Shown one piece after another: positions 1 to 10,397 of a stretch of DNA of 64,000 bases. Source of the stretch: Longimicrobiales bacterium. Its GTDB lineage: Bacteria; Gemmatimonadota; Gemmatimonadetes; Longimicrobiales; Gaopeijiaceae. The translations under genes were made by a program, and so were the position numbers. A model generated the notes under the pieces. The model did no database searches, was not told where the DNA came from, and was given only the letters and a program-made list of their open reading frames with translations. Every line of letters starts with the position of its first letter. Position 1 is the stretch's first letter. The stretch covers positions 2,912,001 through 2,976,000 of the forward strand of contig OZ220732.1 of assembly GCA_965116905.1 (NCBI GenBank), read 5' to 3'.

Positions 1-2
1 TT

Positions 3-764
3 CTCGAAGACGACGAACTGAACGTCGCCGTGGCCAGGGGGGTGCAGGCCGCGGCTGACCGGGCCGGATTCCCGGCGGTCTTCAAGGCTTCATTCGACAA
101 GGCCAACAGATCGCGCCTCGGCTCTCACCGCGGTCCGGGTCTCAGCGCGGGGCTAGCACGCCTTCGTACGGTGCGGGCCGAGACGGGACTGCCCGTCGTG
201 ACCGATATTCACGAGCCGACTCAGGCCGAGGCGGTAGCCGAAGTGGCGGACGTGCTCCAGGTTCCCGCCTTTCTCTGCCGGCAGACGGAGTTGCTTTTGG
301 CGGCCGGGAAAACGGGAAGGGCGGTCAACGTGAAGAAGGGGCAGTGGATGTCCCCGTCCGCGATGGCCGGCGCCGTGGAGAAGGTGCGAGCCGGCGGCGC
401 CCGCCATGTCATGGTCACGGAGAGGGGCACGTCGTTCGGCTATGGCGACCTCGTCGTGGACATGCGCAGCTTTGCCCTTATCCGGGAGGCTGCGGGAGTT
501 CCCGTGATCTTCGACGGGACGCACTCGGTCCAGCAGCCCGGAGGTGCGGCAGGGGGGTCGACCGGCGGCAGGCCCGAACACATCGCACCGCTCGTCAGGG
601 CCGCGGTCGCGGCGGGTTGCGACGGACTCTTTGTCGAAGTCCACCCCCATCCGGCGTCGGCACCCTCGGACGGCAGCAACATGCTCCCGCTCGAGGAACT
701 CCCCCGGCTCCTGGACGCCGTGGCGGCCATCCGCTCCGCCCTTGCCGCAGGGGCTGTCGCGTAG
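3..764 (+). CDS. kdsA: 3-deoxy-8-phosphooctulonate (KDO8P) synthase, 5'-truncated by window edge
   Basis: Motifs FKASFDKANRS, PAFLCRQT, NVKKGQ, ERGTSFGY, FDGTHSVQ, EVHP..SDG; frame is open to the window start. Confidence 0.96.
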   Translation, partial: LEDDELNVAVARGVQAAADRAGFPAVFKASFDKANRSRLGSHRGPGLSAGLARLRTVRAETGLPVVTDIHEPTQAEAVAEVADVLQVPAFLCRQTELLLAAGKTGRAVNVKKGQWMSPSAMAGAVEKVRAGGARHVMVTERGTSFGYGDLVVDMRSFALIREAAGVPVIFDGTHSVQQPGGAAGGSTGGRPEHIAPLVRAAVAAGCDGLFVEVHPHPASAPSDGSNMLPLEELPRLLDAVAAIRSALAAGAVA

Positions 765-766
765 CC

Positions 767-1327
767 GTGGGCGCGAACGGGATTCCGCGGGCAACGGCCC
801 AGGGCATTCGCCTGGTCGTACTCGATGTGGATGGGGTGATGACCGACGGCGGCGTGTACATCGGGGCCACCCGGGACGGTGAGGCGGCGGAGTTCAAACG
901 CTTTGACGTGCAGGACGGAATCGGCGTGAAGATGCTGAGACAGGCCGGAATACATGTGGCGATCGTATCGGGCAGGGTTTCCGCGGCGACGGAACTCCGT
1001 GCCGCCGAACTCGGCGTCGCGGATGTGTTCCAGGACGACGGCGCACGCAAGGTGGCGATCCTGCGGCGACTGCTTGCGGCCAGGAAGGTGAGCTGGGCGC
1101 AAGTGGCGCTGCTGGGTGACGACCTGGCCGACCTGCCGGCTCTGCGCAAGGTGGGTCTGCCCGCCACCGTGGCCAACGGCACGGCCGAGGTGCGGGGCGT
1201 CGCCGCGTGGAAGGGTTCGCGGTCAGGCGGACAGGGTGCGGTGAGAGAGTTCGCGGAGGCGCTGTTGAGAGCGCGCGGAGAATGGGACGGACTGGTCGAG
1301 GAGTACTGCCGTGAGCGTAGCGACTGA
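767..1327 (+). CDS. kdsC: KDO8P phosphatase (HAD family)
   Basis: LDVDGVMTDG, FDVQDGIG, GDDLADL, GGQGAVRE; GTG at 767 follows the kdsA stop (C-terminal part of ORF 344..1327). Confidence 0.93.
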   Translation: MGANGIPRATAQGIRLVVLDVDGVMTDGGVYIGATRDGEAAEFKRFDVQDGIGVKMLRQAGIHVAIVSGRVSAATELRAAELGVADVFQDDGARKVAILRRLLAARKVSWAQVALLGDDLADLPALRKVGLPATVANGTAEVRGVAAWKGSRSGGQGAVREFAEALLRARGEWDGLVEEYCRERSD

Positions 1328-2306
1328 CGTGCGACCCGCCGTCGGGCGTGACGACGGGGTGCTTGCCGAGGGGCGGCGGGTCCTCGAGGCCGAAGCGGAC
1401 GCAGTGAGAAGTCTGGCGGACAGGCTGGGACCGAGCTTCCTCGACGCGGTCGATCTGGTCCACCGCGCAAAGGGGAGAGTCGTGGTTTCCGGCGTCGGCA
1501 AATCCGGGCTGGTCGCCCGCAAGATTGCGGCCACGCTCACGTCGACGGGAACTCCCGCCACCTTTCTCCATCCCGTCGACGGGCTCCACGGCGACCTGGG
1601 CCTGATCGGACCGGAAGACGTGATGATCCTGCTGTCGAAGAGCGGCGCGACCGGCGAACTGGAGGGCCTGCTGGCATTTGCCCGGCGTCACGAAATCGCG
1701 GTGATCGCCCTCACCGGCGACCGTGCTGCGCCCGTGGCGGGACGGGCCACGGTGGCGGTCGACTGCAGCGTATCCTCCGAAGCCTGTCCCATGGACCTCA
1801 CTCCGACCTGTTCCACCACGGCCAGCCTGGCGATGGGCGACGCACTCGCGATGGCGCTGCTGAGGCGGCGGGGCTTCGGGCACCGGGACTTTGCGCGTAT
1901 CCACCCGGGAGGGACCCTGGGGCTGCGCCTGACGCTGACGGTAGAGGACGTTATGGTGAGCGACGACTATCCCGCGGTGCTGCCCGACCATCACGCCCGT
2001 GACGTCATCGTTCCCCTGGCACGAATGAGGGGAACGGTTCCGGTCATTGAAGCGGATCGCTCGGTGACCGGAGTCGTCACGGCAGGCGACCTGACGCGGC
2101 TGATGGAAGGGACGGACGCGTTTCTCGACGTCCCGGTGTCGGGATTCATGAATCGATCGCCCAGGCTCGCCGCGCCGGACGAGCTCGGGTCGGCGGTCGT
2201 CCGGCGGATGGAGGAGCACGGAATCATGGCAATGCCTGTGGTGAGCGACGGGGCCCTGGTCGGCATCGTGCACCTTCACGACCTGCTGCGTGCGGGAGCG
2301 GTCTGA
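1311..2306 (+). CDS. kdsD: Arabinose-5-phosphate isomerase (KpsF/GutQ family, SIS + 2 CBS)
   Basis: SGVGKSG, ATLTSTGTPA, HGDLG, EACP..LTPT, HPGG.LG, C-terminal CBS pair. Confidence 0.95.
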   Translation: MSVATDVRPAVGRDDGVLAEGRRVLEAEADAVRSLADRLGPSFLDAVDLVHRAKGRVVVSGVGKSGLVARKIAATLTSTGTPATFLHPVDGLHGDLGLIGPEDVMILLSKSGATGELEGLLAFARRHEIAVIALTGDRAAPVAGRATVAVDCSVSSEACPMDLTPTCSTTASLAMGDALAMALLRRRGFGHRDFARIHPGGTLGLRLTLTVEDVMVSDDYPAVLPDHHARDVIVPLARMRGTVPVIEADRSVTGVVTAGDLTRLMEGTDAFLDVPVSGFMNRSPRLAAPDELGSAVVRRMEEHGIMAMPVVSDGALVGIVHLHDLLRAGAV

Positions 2307-2875
2307 TGGCGACCGGTTCGACGCCGGCGGCGAGACCCCGCCGAACCCTGCGCATCGGCATGTGGCTGCCGGTCGGCCTGACGCTGCTGGCGGCGGCGTG
2401 CGTCAATACGACGGAAGAGCAGCCGCCGGCGGGATTGGAGACGGTGGACGCCGACGAGATCATCTACGGTGTGTCCCTCAACATGTCCCGCGAGGGCATC
2501 CGGGAGGCGATGCTCACGGCCGACAGCATGTTCAGCTGGAAGGACTCCACGCACGCACGGGTGATGGGCCTGTCCCTGATCGTCTTCAACGAAAGTGGGG
2601 GACGGAGGGCCACGATTTCGGCCGAGGAGGGACGTCTGAACCGGATGGGCAACGAGTTGACCGCGATGGGCAGCGCGGTTCTGAGCATCCCCGGGCAGGG
2701 CCGCGAAATCCGCACGGAAGAACTCCACTTCGCCCCCGAGGTCGATCGCGTCTGGACCGACGTGCCCGTCGTGATGCACGAGGGCGGGTGCGTGTTCGAG
2801 GGCGACCGGCTCCAGTCGGACATGGATTTCGACGACGTCAGGATCTGGGGAACCCGGGAGCGAGGGTGCTCCTGA
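2306..2875 (+). CDS. lptC: LPS export protein LptC-like (lipoprotein-type signal)
   Basis: Sits between kdsD and the lptA-like gene; LLAAAC lipobox-like segment; IRTEELHF..VWTDVPV jellyroll-like motif. Confidence 0.8.
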   Translation: MATGSTPAARPRRTLRIGMWLPVGLTLLAAACVNTTEEQPPAGLETVDADEIIYGVSLNMSREGIREAMLTADSMFSWKDSTHARVMGLSLIVFNESGGRRATISAEEGRLNRMGNELTAMGSAVLSIPGQGREIRTEELHFAPEVDRVWTDVPVVMHEGGCVFEGDRLQSDMDFDDVRIWGTRERGCS

Positions 2876-2877
2876 AG

Positions 2878-4854
2878 ATGCGATTCGCCGGACGGGCCTG
2901 CGTGGCGGCGCTTGGCGCAGTGGCGCTTGCCGTGGCAGTTCTCCCCGGCGCATTGGCCGGACAGCAACGGCAGTGCTGGCTGGACGGCGTCGGGGGCTAC
3001 ACCCACAGCACCCGCTTCGATTCCCTGAACTACATACACCGGGCTTCCGGCGGGATCGACTACCGCTGCTCGGACGGCACCCAAATCCTCGCCGATTCGG
3101 CTGTGGTCTACGAAATGAACGGGACGGTGCAACTGTTCGGCCGGATTCGCTTCGAGGACCTGGACACGCGGCTCGACGCCGACAGCGCCCGCTACTTCGG
3201 CAATATCAGCCAGCTCGAGGCGTGGTCGGACGTTACGGTAACGGATCTGCACAGCGACGCGATCATCGAAGGCGACAGTCTCAGGTACTTCCAGGCCTCC
3301 GAGTTCCGCGCCGTGGACCGCGTACTCGTCTACGGGGGCGACCCCCGTGCCACGTTCTATCCACCACCGGTGCCGATGCCGCCCCCGCCTCCCCCGGAGC
3401 CGGAGGCCGCCGACACGGTCGATGCGGCGGCTCCCGACAGTGCGGAAGCCGATCCCCCCGAGGCCGGCGAAACCGACCCGCCCGAGGACGAGGAAACCGA
3501 CCCGCCCCAGGGCGCTGAGGTCCTCGCGGCCGACAGTACCGAGGCCGGTGAAGCCGAGCAAGCCGACAGCGCCGAAGCCGGTCAGCCCGAGCCGGATGCG
3601 ACCGACCCGCCCGAGGACACCGAGGCCCCCGCGGCCGACAGCACCGAGGCCGATCCGGAGGCTGCAACCGTTCCCCCCGCGGATCCACCCCCGGTGGACT
3701 CGGTCAGTCCCCCCCCATACCACATCGAAGCGCGCCGGTTCATGATCGACGGCCGCCGCTATTTCCGCGCGGCCGAAGAGGTGGTCGTGCTGCGCGACTC
3801 CCTGAGGGCCGTCGGAGATTCGCTGGACTTCGACCAGGACCTCGGCACCATGTCCATCATCGGGGACTCGCGCGTGGACCAGCAGGGATTCGAACTGTCG
3901 TCCGACGCGGTAGAGGTGACGCCCACGACGGGGCTGAGCGAGGAGATTCTTGCCCGCGGGAACGCGGAACTCGTGGGCAGGCAAATGACCATGAACGCTC
4001 CTGCCATCCGCATGTTCCTGGACGGTGGCGCAGTCAACCGGCTGGTGGCGATTTCATTGCTCCCTCCGATCGAGCAGGAGGTGCTCGACACGACCGGGCT
4101 GTCGGCTGGCGACGCCGAGCGCGCCCGCGCCCTCGCGGCCGCAGGGGCGAGGGCCGACTCCGCTGAGGCCCAGCCGGTGGACTCGATCGTCCAGCCGTCG
4201 GCCTTTGCGGACGAGTTCAAGCTGACCGCCGACTCGATCGACGTGCTGTCTCCGGCACAGTTGCTCGAGCTCGTGACCGCGGTGGGCTCGGCGCGGGCCG
4301 AGGCCGCGCAACCGGCTTCGGCCGGCTCGGACGGACTTCCCGAGATTGCGAGTCGTGACTGGATGGAGGGCAGTACGATCCTGGCTCATTTTGCCGTGGC
4401 CGACTCGGGGACGGCGGGCGGGTTGACCGGCCAGAACCCGTCGCGACTGGAGACGCTGACCGCGGTCGGCGAGGCTCGCAGTCTCTACCGAATGACCCCG
4501 TCGGACACGGCGGTCACCGAACCCGACGCCCCTCCGGCGTTACACTTAGTCGAGGGCAACCAGATCAGGATCCATATGCGAGGACGAGAAGTCGTGAAGA
4601 TGGAGGTCGAAGGCCAGACCCTGGGCTACCACCTCGAACCGCTGCCGCCGGACTCGGCCGGCGCGGCTGGCGATTCCGCGGCCGCCGGGCTGGATTCGGC
4701 CAACGCAGTGCCCGATTCGGCCAATGCAGTGCCCGATTCGGCCGCCGTGGTCCCGGACAGCGCCACGATCACGCCCGACACGGCCGGGGTTTCTCCCGAT
4801 ACGCTTTCGTCGCGCTCGCGTCCCTTTCTCATGCGCCGCAGAGGCTGGCGATGA
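2878..4854 (+). CDS. Large OstA/LptA-like beta-jellyroll envelope protein with Pro/acidic low-complexity linkers
   Basis: Occupies the lptA position; signal peptide; repeated ADSA.Y / GDSL.Y OstA-like motifs; ATG 2878 in ORF 2290..4854. Confidence 0.75.
   Translation: MRFAGRACVAALGAVALAVAVLPGALAGQQRQCWLDGVGGYTHSTRFDSLNYIHRASGGIDYRCSDGTQILADSAVVYEMNGTVQLFGRIRFEDLDTRLDADSARYFGNISQLEAWSDVTVTDLHSDAIIEGDSLRYFQASEFRAVDRVLVYGGDPRATFYPPPVPMPPPPPPEPEAADTVDAAAPDSAEADPPEAGETDPPEDEETDPPQGAEVLAADSTEAGEAEQADSAEAGQPEPDATDPPEDTEAPAADSTEADPEAATVPPADPPPVDSVSPPPYHIEARRFMIDGRRYFRAAEEVVVLRDSLRAVGDSLDFDQDLGTMSIIGDSRVDQQGFELSSDAVEVTPTTGLSEEILARGNAELVGRQMTMNAPAIRMFLDGGAVNRLVAISLLPPIEQEVLDTTGLSAGDAERARALAAAGARADSAEAQPVDSIVQPSAFADEFKLTADSIDVLSPAQLLELVTAVGSARAEAAQPASAGSDGLPEIASRDWMEGSTILAHFAVADSGTAGGLTGQNPSRLETLTAVGEARSLYRMTPSDTAVTEPDAPPALHLVEGNQIRIHMRGREVVKMEVEGQTLGYHLEPLPPDSAGAAGDSAAAGLDSANAVPDSANAVPDSAAVVPDSATITPDTAGVSPDTLSSRSRPFLMRRRGWR
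4651..4806 (+). repeat. 21-bp (heptad) coding tandem repeat D[ST]x x8
   Basis: [52 protein letters not shown]; Asp codons at 4651+21n. Confidence 0.9.
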
Positions 4855-5633
4855 GCGGGGGAGTGGCGGTAGCGACGGCCTCGATGTTGAGGGGCACCGG
4901 GCTGACCAAGATCTACAAGAAGCGCCGTGTCGTGTCCGAGGTGGACATCCAGGTCCGGCAGCGCGAGATCGTCGCGCTTCTCGGGCCGAACGGGGCGGGG
5001 AAGACCACCACCTTCTACATGCTGGTCGGCCTGATCGCTCCGGACGGCGGACGCGTCTTCCTCGACGAGACGTCACTGACCGGGGTGCCGATGTACAAGC
5101 GGGCGCGGATGGGGGTCGGCTACCTGGCACAGGAGCCGTCGGTCTTTCGGCGCCTGACGGTGGAGCAGAACGTCATGGCGATTCTAGAGACGCTCGATAT
5201 CGATCGCCACGAGCGCGCCGAACGGCTCGAAGAGCTCCTGGGCGAGCTTTCGATCGGCCACCTGCGCAATGCCAAGGCCTTTTCGCTCTCAGGCGGCGAA
5301 CGCCGCCGGCTCGAGATTACCCGAGCGCTCGTACAGCGGCCGAAGTTCATGCTCCTGGACGAGCCGTTCGCGGGTATCGATCCCATTGCCCTGCACGATA
5401 TCCAGGAGATCGTGTCCGAACTCAAGCACCGGGATATCGGCGTGATCATCTCGGACCATAACGTCGAACAGACGCTGGAGATCGTCGACCGCGCGTACAT
5501 CATGCACGAAGGCAGGATACGCGTGGCCGGAACCGTACCCGAGCTCGTGTGGAACGACGAGGTCGCCGACCTCTACCTCGGACCGACCCTGACCGTGCGC
5601 ATGAGATCGAGGTTCCCCCGCCCAGGAACTTGA
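4851..5633 (+). CDS. lptB: LPS export ABC transporter ATP-binding protein
   Basis: [48 protein letters not shown]. Confidence 0.96.
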   Translation: MSGGVAVATASMLRGTGLTKIYKKRRVVSEVDIQVRQREIVALLGPNGAGKTTTFYMLVGLIAPDGGRVFLDETSLTGVPMYKRARMGVGYLAQEPSVFRRLTVEQNVMAILETLDIDRHERAERLEELLGELSIGHLRNAKAFSLSGGERRRLEITRALVQRPKFMLLDEPFAGIDPIALHDIQEIVSELKHRDIGVIISDHNVEQTLEIVDRAYIMHEGRIRVAGTVPELVWNDEVADLYLGPTLTVRMRSRFPRPGT

Positions 5634-5640
5634 GCATCCG

Positions 5641-7098
5641 GTGACCGCGATCAGGACGGGACTGCACCAGAGCGCTCACCTGCGGCAGGAGTTGAAGGCC
5701 AATCCCCGCCTGTACCAGGCGATGGATCTGCTGTACATGCCTCTTCTCGACCTTCAGGCGCGGCTTGAACAGGAGCTCCTGGAGAACCCGTTCCTGGAAC
5801 TCTCCGAACCGGACAACGAAGAGGTCGACTGGCAGGAAGTCCTGATCGACGACTTCGATGCGGGTGGGCAGAGGATGCGCTATGAACCCCGCGAGCCCTA
5901 CGAGCCGGCCGTGGTCGAGACGCGCCATCTCCACGACTTCCTCCGTGAGCAAGTCGGCCTGCTGCATCTCGACGAGCGGCAGCTCTGGATTGCCGAGGAG
6001 ATCATCGGGAATATCGACGATGACGGCCTCCTGACGTGCACCCTGCAGGACGTGGTGGACGGGCTCGACGCCTCGCGCGAGGAGATCCGGGACAAGGCTC
6101 TCGAACAGGCCGGCAAGATCGACGATGACGAAGAGCGCGACCGCGAAATGGCGGAACTGGCGGCTCTCTTCGCTCCGCACAGGCAGTCGGAGGTGGAATC
6201 GGTACTTCTGGTCGTCCAGTCGCTCGACCCTCCGGGGGTCGGAGCGCGCGGCCTCAGGGAGTGCCTGATGATTCAGCTGCGCAGGGAAGACAGGGAGGAC
6301 ACGCTCGCCTACCGGATCGTGGCCGATCATTTCGACGGCCTGCTGGGCCACCGGTGGGTGGACATCGGGCGCGCGCTGGAGATCGCCCCGGGCAAGGTGC
6401 AGGACGCCGCCGACGACATCGCAAAGCTGGATCCCAAGCCCGGGCGACGGTATGCGGCCGACCCGGACCACTACGTCATACCGGATCTCATCGTGGACAA
6501 GATCGGTGGCGAGTACATGGTCTTCGCCAACGACACGGGACTGCCGCGCCTGCGACTTTCCCAGTCGTACCGGGACGTGGCCGCGGACAGGTCGAAGTTC
6601 GTGGGACCGAACAAGGAGTTCATCGCCAACAAGCTCAACGCCGCGCAGTGGCTCATTCAGATGATCGAACAGCGCCGGCAGACCATGCTCAAGGTGATGC
6701 GGTTCATCGTGGCGCGGCAGTCCGGCTTCTTCGAAAAAGGGGTACAGCACCTGAAGCCGCTTACGCTGCGCGAGGTGGCGGATCATATCGAAATGGCTGA
6801 ATCGACGGTGTCGCGCGTGACCAACGACAAGTTTGTCCAGTCACCCAGCGGCGTGCATCCGCTCAAGTTCTTCTTCTCCGGCGGACTGCCCACGGTGACC
6901 GGAGAGGACGTGTCCACTCGCGGGGTCCAGGAGAAGATCCGGAACCTGATCGGAGATGAGGACTCGCAACGTCCCCTGACGGATCAGGCGCTGGTCAACC
7001 TCCTGAAGAGCGAAGGGATCAAGATCGCCCGCCGCACGGTGGCGAAGTACCGGGACCAGCTGGGGATACTGCCCGCCAGGATGAGAAAGCGCATCTAG
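5641..7098 (+). CDS. rpoN: RNA polymerase sigma-54 factor
   Basis: ELLENPFLE, DPPGVGAR.LRECL, ESTVSR, RpoN box ARRTVAKYR. Confidence 0.97.
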   Translation: MTAIRTGLHQSAHLRQELKANPRLYQAMDLLYMPLLDLQARLEQELLENPFLELSEPDNEEVDWQEVLIDDFDAGGQRMRYEPREPYEPAVVETRHLHDFLREQVGLLHLDERQLWIAEEIIGNIDDDGLLTCTLQDVVDGLDASREEIRDKALEQAGKIDDDEERDREMAELAALFAPHRQSEVESVLLVVQSLDPPGVGARGLRECLMIQLRREDREDTLAYRIVADHFDGLLGHRWVDIGRALEIAPGKVQDAADDIAKLDPKPGRRYAADPDHYVIPDLIVDKIGGEYMVFANDTGLPRLRLSQSYRDVAADRSKFVGPNKEFIANKLNAAQWLIQMIEQRRQTMLKVMRFIVARQSGFFEKGVQHLKPLTLREVADHIEMAESTVSRVTNDKFVQSPSGVHPLKFFFSGGLPTVTGEDVSTRGVQEKIRNLIGDEDSQRPLTDQALVNLLKSEGIKIARRTVAKYRDQLGILPARMRKRI

Positions 7099-8103
7099 AT
7101 GGCGAACCCCGGTGCCACGGCCGGACGGGCGTCGCCCTCCGAGGCCGATGCCTATGGCGACTTCGCACTTGTCGTGCCGGCCTTCAACGAGGCCGAGAAC
7201 GTCCCCAGGCTGGTCCGCTCGATCCGCGGCGCCTTCGAAGAGTTCGGACTCGCGGGCGAAGTCCTGATCGTCGATGACGGCTCCACCGACGGCACCGGGG
7301 ACCTGGCGCGGACCGAGGGTTCGGGATGGCCCGCGCTGCGGGTCCTTGCGCACAGGGTCAACCTCGGGAAGACCGAGGCGCTGCTCACGGCCGCCGCGGC
7401 AACCGACCGGAAGTACCTGGTGCTCTTCGACGCCGATCTCCAGCATCTTCCGGCCGAGATCCCCCGCTTCCTCGACAAGCTCGCCGAAGGGTGGGACATC
7501 GTGACCGGAAGGAAGGTCGGCGCCTACGACAAGCGGCTGGTTTCGTCGATCTACAATGCGGTGAGCCGCCGCATCTTCGACGTGCCCGTTAGCGACCTGA
7601 ACTCCATGAAGGCGTTCCGCGCGGACATCCTCGACACCGTCAGGCTGCGCCACGACTGGCACCGTTTCTTCGTGGTCATGGCCTGCCGCAGGGGGTTCAC
7701 GGCCACCGAGATCGACATCGCGCTCTACCCGAGAGAAGCCGGAGAGTCGAAGTACTCCGGAAAGGGACGGGTCGTCGGAGCCGTACTGGACCTGGTCGCG
7801 GTCTGGTTCCAGCTTCGGCTCTCCCGCAGGCCGATGCTCGCATTCGGGATTCCGGGCCTTCTGCTGATGACGGGCGGGATCCTGACCGGACTCGCCGCAC
7901 TGTTTGCGCGCTACGCCATGGGCGTGGGATTCCGGCCGCTGCTCTACCTGGTCATGCTGCTGGTGACCGTCGGCGTGCTGTTCTTCGTCGCGGGATTCCT
8001 CGCTGAAATGATCGCGTCGGTGCACGACGAACTCGACGCCTACCGGAGACGCGGCTCCGACCGCAGCTCCACGGGAGCGAAGCCTCGTGACCGGGCCCGC
8101 TGA
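7099..8103 (+). CDS. GT2 glycosyltransferase (polyprenol-phosphate sugar transferase type, C-terminal TM helices)
   Basis: VVPAFNEAEN, VDDGSTDGT, DADLQH, HRF, R..GESKY, two C-terminal TMs. Confidence 0.88.
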   Translation: MANPGATAGRASPSEADAYGDFALVVPAFNEAENVPRLVRSIRGAFEEFGLAGEVLIVDDGSTDGTGDLARTEGSGWPALRVLAHRVNLGKTEALLTAAAATDRKYLVLFDADLQHLPAEIPRFLDKLAEGWDIVTGRKVGAYDKRLVSSIYNAVSRRIFDVPVSDLNSMKAFRADILDTVRLRHDWHRFFVVMACRRGFTATEIDIALYPREAGESKYSGKGRVVGAVLDLVAVWFQLRLSRRPMLAFGIPGLLLMTGGILTGLAALFARYAMGVGFRPLLYLVMLLVTVGVLFFVAGFLAEMIASVHDELDAYRRRGSDRSSTGAKPRDRAR

Positions 8104-8145
8104 GCCCGTCGGCCGGGACCGCGATCCGGTCCTGCTCGGGTGACC

Positions 8146-9291
8146 ATGTCGTCGCCGAGGATTCTCTCCGTGATCGGGACCCGTCCGGAGGCCATCAAGA
8201 TGGCTCCCGTGATCCGGGCCCTGGAGGCTCGCGGAGGGACCACGCACCGGGTGGCCCTGACCGGCCAGCACACCGACATGGTCGACCAGGTGCTGAGCGC
8301 CTTCGGCATCGAACCGGACTACGATCTCGACCTGATGACGCCGGGACAGAGCCTCTATGACATCGGCCACGCCTGCCTCGATGGCCTTCGGAAGGTCGCC
8401 GCGGAGTTCAGGCCCGATGTGACGATCGTGCAGGGCGATACGGCGACGGTCTTCTTCGCCGCCGTGGTCACCTTCTTCCAGCAGGGCAGGCTGGCGCACG
8501 TCGAGGCGGGCCTCCGAAGCCATGAGAAGTGGGCCCCGTTCCCGGAAGAAATGCTCCGCCGCATGACCGACACCGTCTCCGACTTCTGCTTTGCTCCCAC
8601 GGCTGCCGCCGCGGCCAATCTGGGCGCGGAGGGCATCGAGTCCGGACGGGTCTGGGTCACCGGCAACACGGTGGTGGATGCGCTCGAAGAGATCCGCTCC
8701 CGTCCGCTTCCGCTGTGCGACCCCCGCGCGGCCGAATTGCCAGGGCCCGGCCGCCGTCTCGTCCTGCTGACCGCCCACCGGCGCGAGTCGTTCGGCCGTC
8801 CGCTCGAACGCGTGTTCGAGGCCGTGGCGTCGCTCGTCCGCCTTGTCGACGACGTGGACGTGCTCTATCCCGTGCACCCCAATCCGAAGGTTCGAGAGCC
8901 CGCCCGGCGAATCCTGGAAGGCCACCCGCGGGTCCACCTGTTGGAGCCGCTGGACTACGGCGATCTCGTCGCCGCGCTCGGCAGGGCGAGTCTGGTGCTG
9001 ACCGATTCGGGGGGGATCCAGGAGGAAGCGCCCGCGTTCGGCGTGCACACCCTTGTCCTCAGGGAGGTGACGGAGCGCCCCGAGGCGGTGCAGGCGGGGG
9101 CCGCCACACTCGTCGGCACCGATGCGGAACGGATCCTGTCCGAAGCGACAGGGCGCCTCGACCGGACGGAGACCGACCCCGTGCCGGCGAATCCCTACGG
9201 GGACGGCCGGGCCGGCGAGCGCATCGCGGACATACTCCTGGCCGAACTGAGGGGGTTGCCGCGCCAGACGGCCGATTGGGGCGGGCCGTGA
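8146..9291 (+). CDS. wecB: UDP-N-acetylglucosamine 2-epimerase (non-hydrolysing)
   Basis: GTRPEAIKMAP, TGQH, QGDT, HVEAGLRS, PFPEE, HRRE, TDSGGIQEEA, NPYGDG. Confidence 0.95.
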   Translation: MSSPRILSVIGTRPEAIKMAPVIRALEARGGTTHRVALTGQHTDMVDQVLSAFGIEPDYDLDLMTPGQSLYDIGHACLDGLRKVAAEFRPDVTIVQGDTATVFFAAVVTFFQQGRLAHVEAGLRSHEKWAPFPEEMLRRMTDTVSDFCFAPTAAAAANLGAEGIESGRVWVTGNTVVDALEEIRSRPLPLCDPRAAELPGPGRRLVLLTAHRRESFGRPLERVFEAVASLVRLVDDVDVLYPVHPNPKVREPARRILEGHPRVHLLEPLDYGDLVAALGRASLVLTDSGGIQEEAPAFGVHTLVLREVTERPEAVQAGAATLVGTDAERILSEATGRLDRTETDPVPANPYGDGRAGERIADILLAELRGLPRQTADWGGP

Positions 9292-10397
9292 GGATCGTCG
9301 TCCACTGCGTGTACTTCCCCCCCGAGGTGGGCGGACTCGAGAGCCATGTGCACTACCTGTGCCGGGGACTCGCCCGGCAGGGTCACGACGTGACGGTGAT
9401 CACGTCGCTGTCTCAGCCCGGTCTCGCAAAGGAAGAAGTCCGGGACGGTATCCGCATACACCGCACGCCGTTGCCGTCCCGCACACCAGTGGGTTGGTTC
9501 CTTCACGCGGTGGGGTCGACGCCTCGCACGCGCGCAGCCGTACGCGATGCTGACATCGTGCACGCACAGGCGTTTCCGTCGCTCCTCCCTTGCGCACTGG
9601 CACTGGCGGGGGCAAGCGCGCCGCTCCTTTGCACCCTTCACACCTCGCATTTCCTGCGCCTGGCCCGGCGGCCGCTGGCACGGACAGGGCTTGGCAGGCT
9701 CCTCGAACTAAGCGATTACAACTTCGCTGCCAGCAAGGAGATCGCGGATGTCGGCGAGAGCCTGAGCGAGTCGGTGTCGGTGGAGGTCGTGGTCAACGGA
9801 GTGGAGACCGACATCTTTCGGCCAGTGCCGCCCGGGATCGCGCGGCGATCCGGCCGCCAGCGCATCATCGTCCCCCGGCGTCTGTTTCCGAAGAACGGCG
9901 TGGAGTACTTCGTGCGGGCGCTGCCGGCAATTCTGGCGGGCGCGGACGTGGAAGCGATGGTGGTCGGGGACGGGCCGGAACGAGAGCGGCTGCAGGGGAT
10001 CGCGGGGGAGTTGGGGGTGGCGGAACGGATCGAGTTCCTGGGCGCGCGTCCCCACGCGGACATGCCGGGACTGCTGTGCTCGGCGGATATCTCCGTATTC
10101 CCGTCGCTGATGGAGGCGACATCGGTCGCGGCCCTGGAGTCGATGGCATGCGGAGTCCCGGTCGCCGCCTCCGCCGTCGGCGGCCTTCCACAGATCATCG
10201 ACGACGAGGTGGGCGGGCTCTTTGCACCGGCAGACCCGGAAGCGCTGGCCGCCACCGTGTTGCGCCTGCTGGGCGATGCCGGACTGCCCGAGCGTGCGAA
10301 GGCCGCCAGGCGGCGCGTCGTGTCCCATTGGAGCAACGCGCGTCTGGTGGAGCGCCACCTGGAGGTCTACCGTGAGCTGCTGGGGAGGCGCACATGA
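9288..10397 (+). CDS. GT4 family glycosyltransferase
   Basis: YFPPEVGGLE, NGV, KNG, VGDGPER, E-x7-E (EATSVAALESMACG); GTG 9288 overlaps the wecB stop. Confidence 0.9.
   Translation: MRIVVHCVYFPPEVGGLESHVHYLCRGLARQGHDVTVITSLSQPGLAKEEVRDGIRIHRTPLPSRTPVGWFLHAVGSTPRTRAAVRDADIVHAQAFPSLLPCALALAGASAPLLCTLHTSHFLRLARRPLARTGLGRLLELSDYNFAASKEIADVGESLSESVSVEVVVNGVETDIFRPVPPGIARRSGRQRIIVPRRLFPKNGVEYFVRALPAILAGADVEAMVVGDGPERERLQGIAGELGVAERIEFLGARPHADMPGLLCSADISVFPSLMEATSVAALESMACGVPVAASAVGGLPQIIDDEVGGLFAPADPEALAATVLRLLGDAGLPERAKAARRRVVSHWSNARLVERHLEVYRELLGRRT

Noticed and set aside
6841..9048. Long antisense/alternative-frame ORFs (e.g. 735 aa here; also 32172..34601, 11261..13045, 56637..58298)
   Set aside because: They are shadows of well-supported genes in a high-GC genome, often Arg/Pro/Gly-rich and without motifs.
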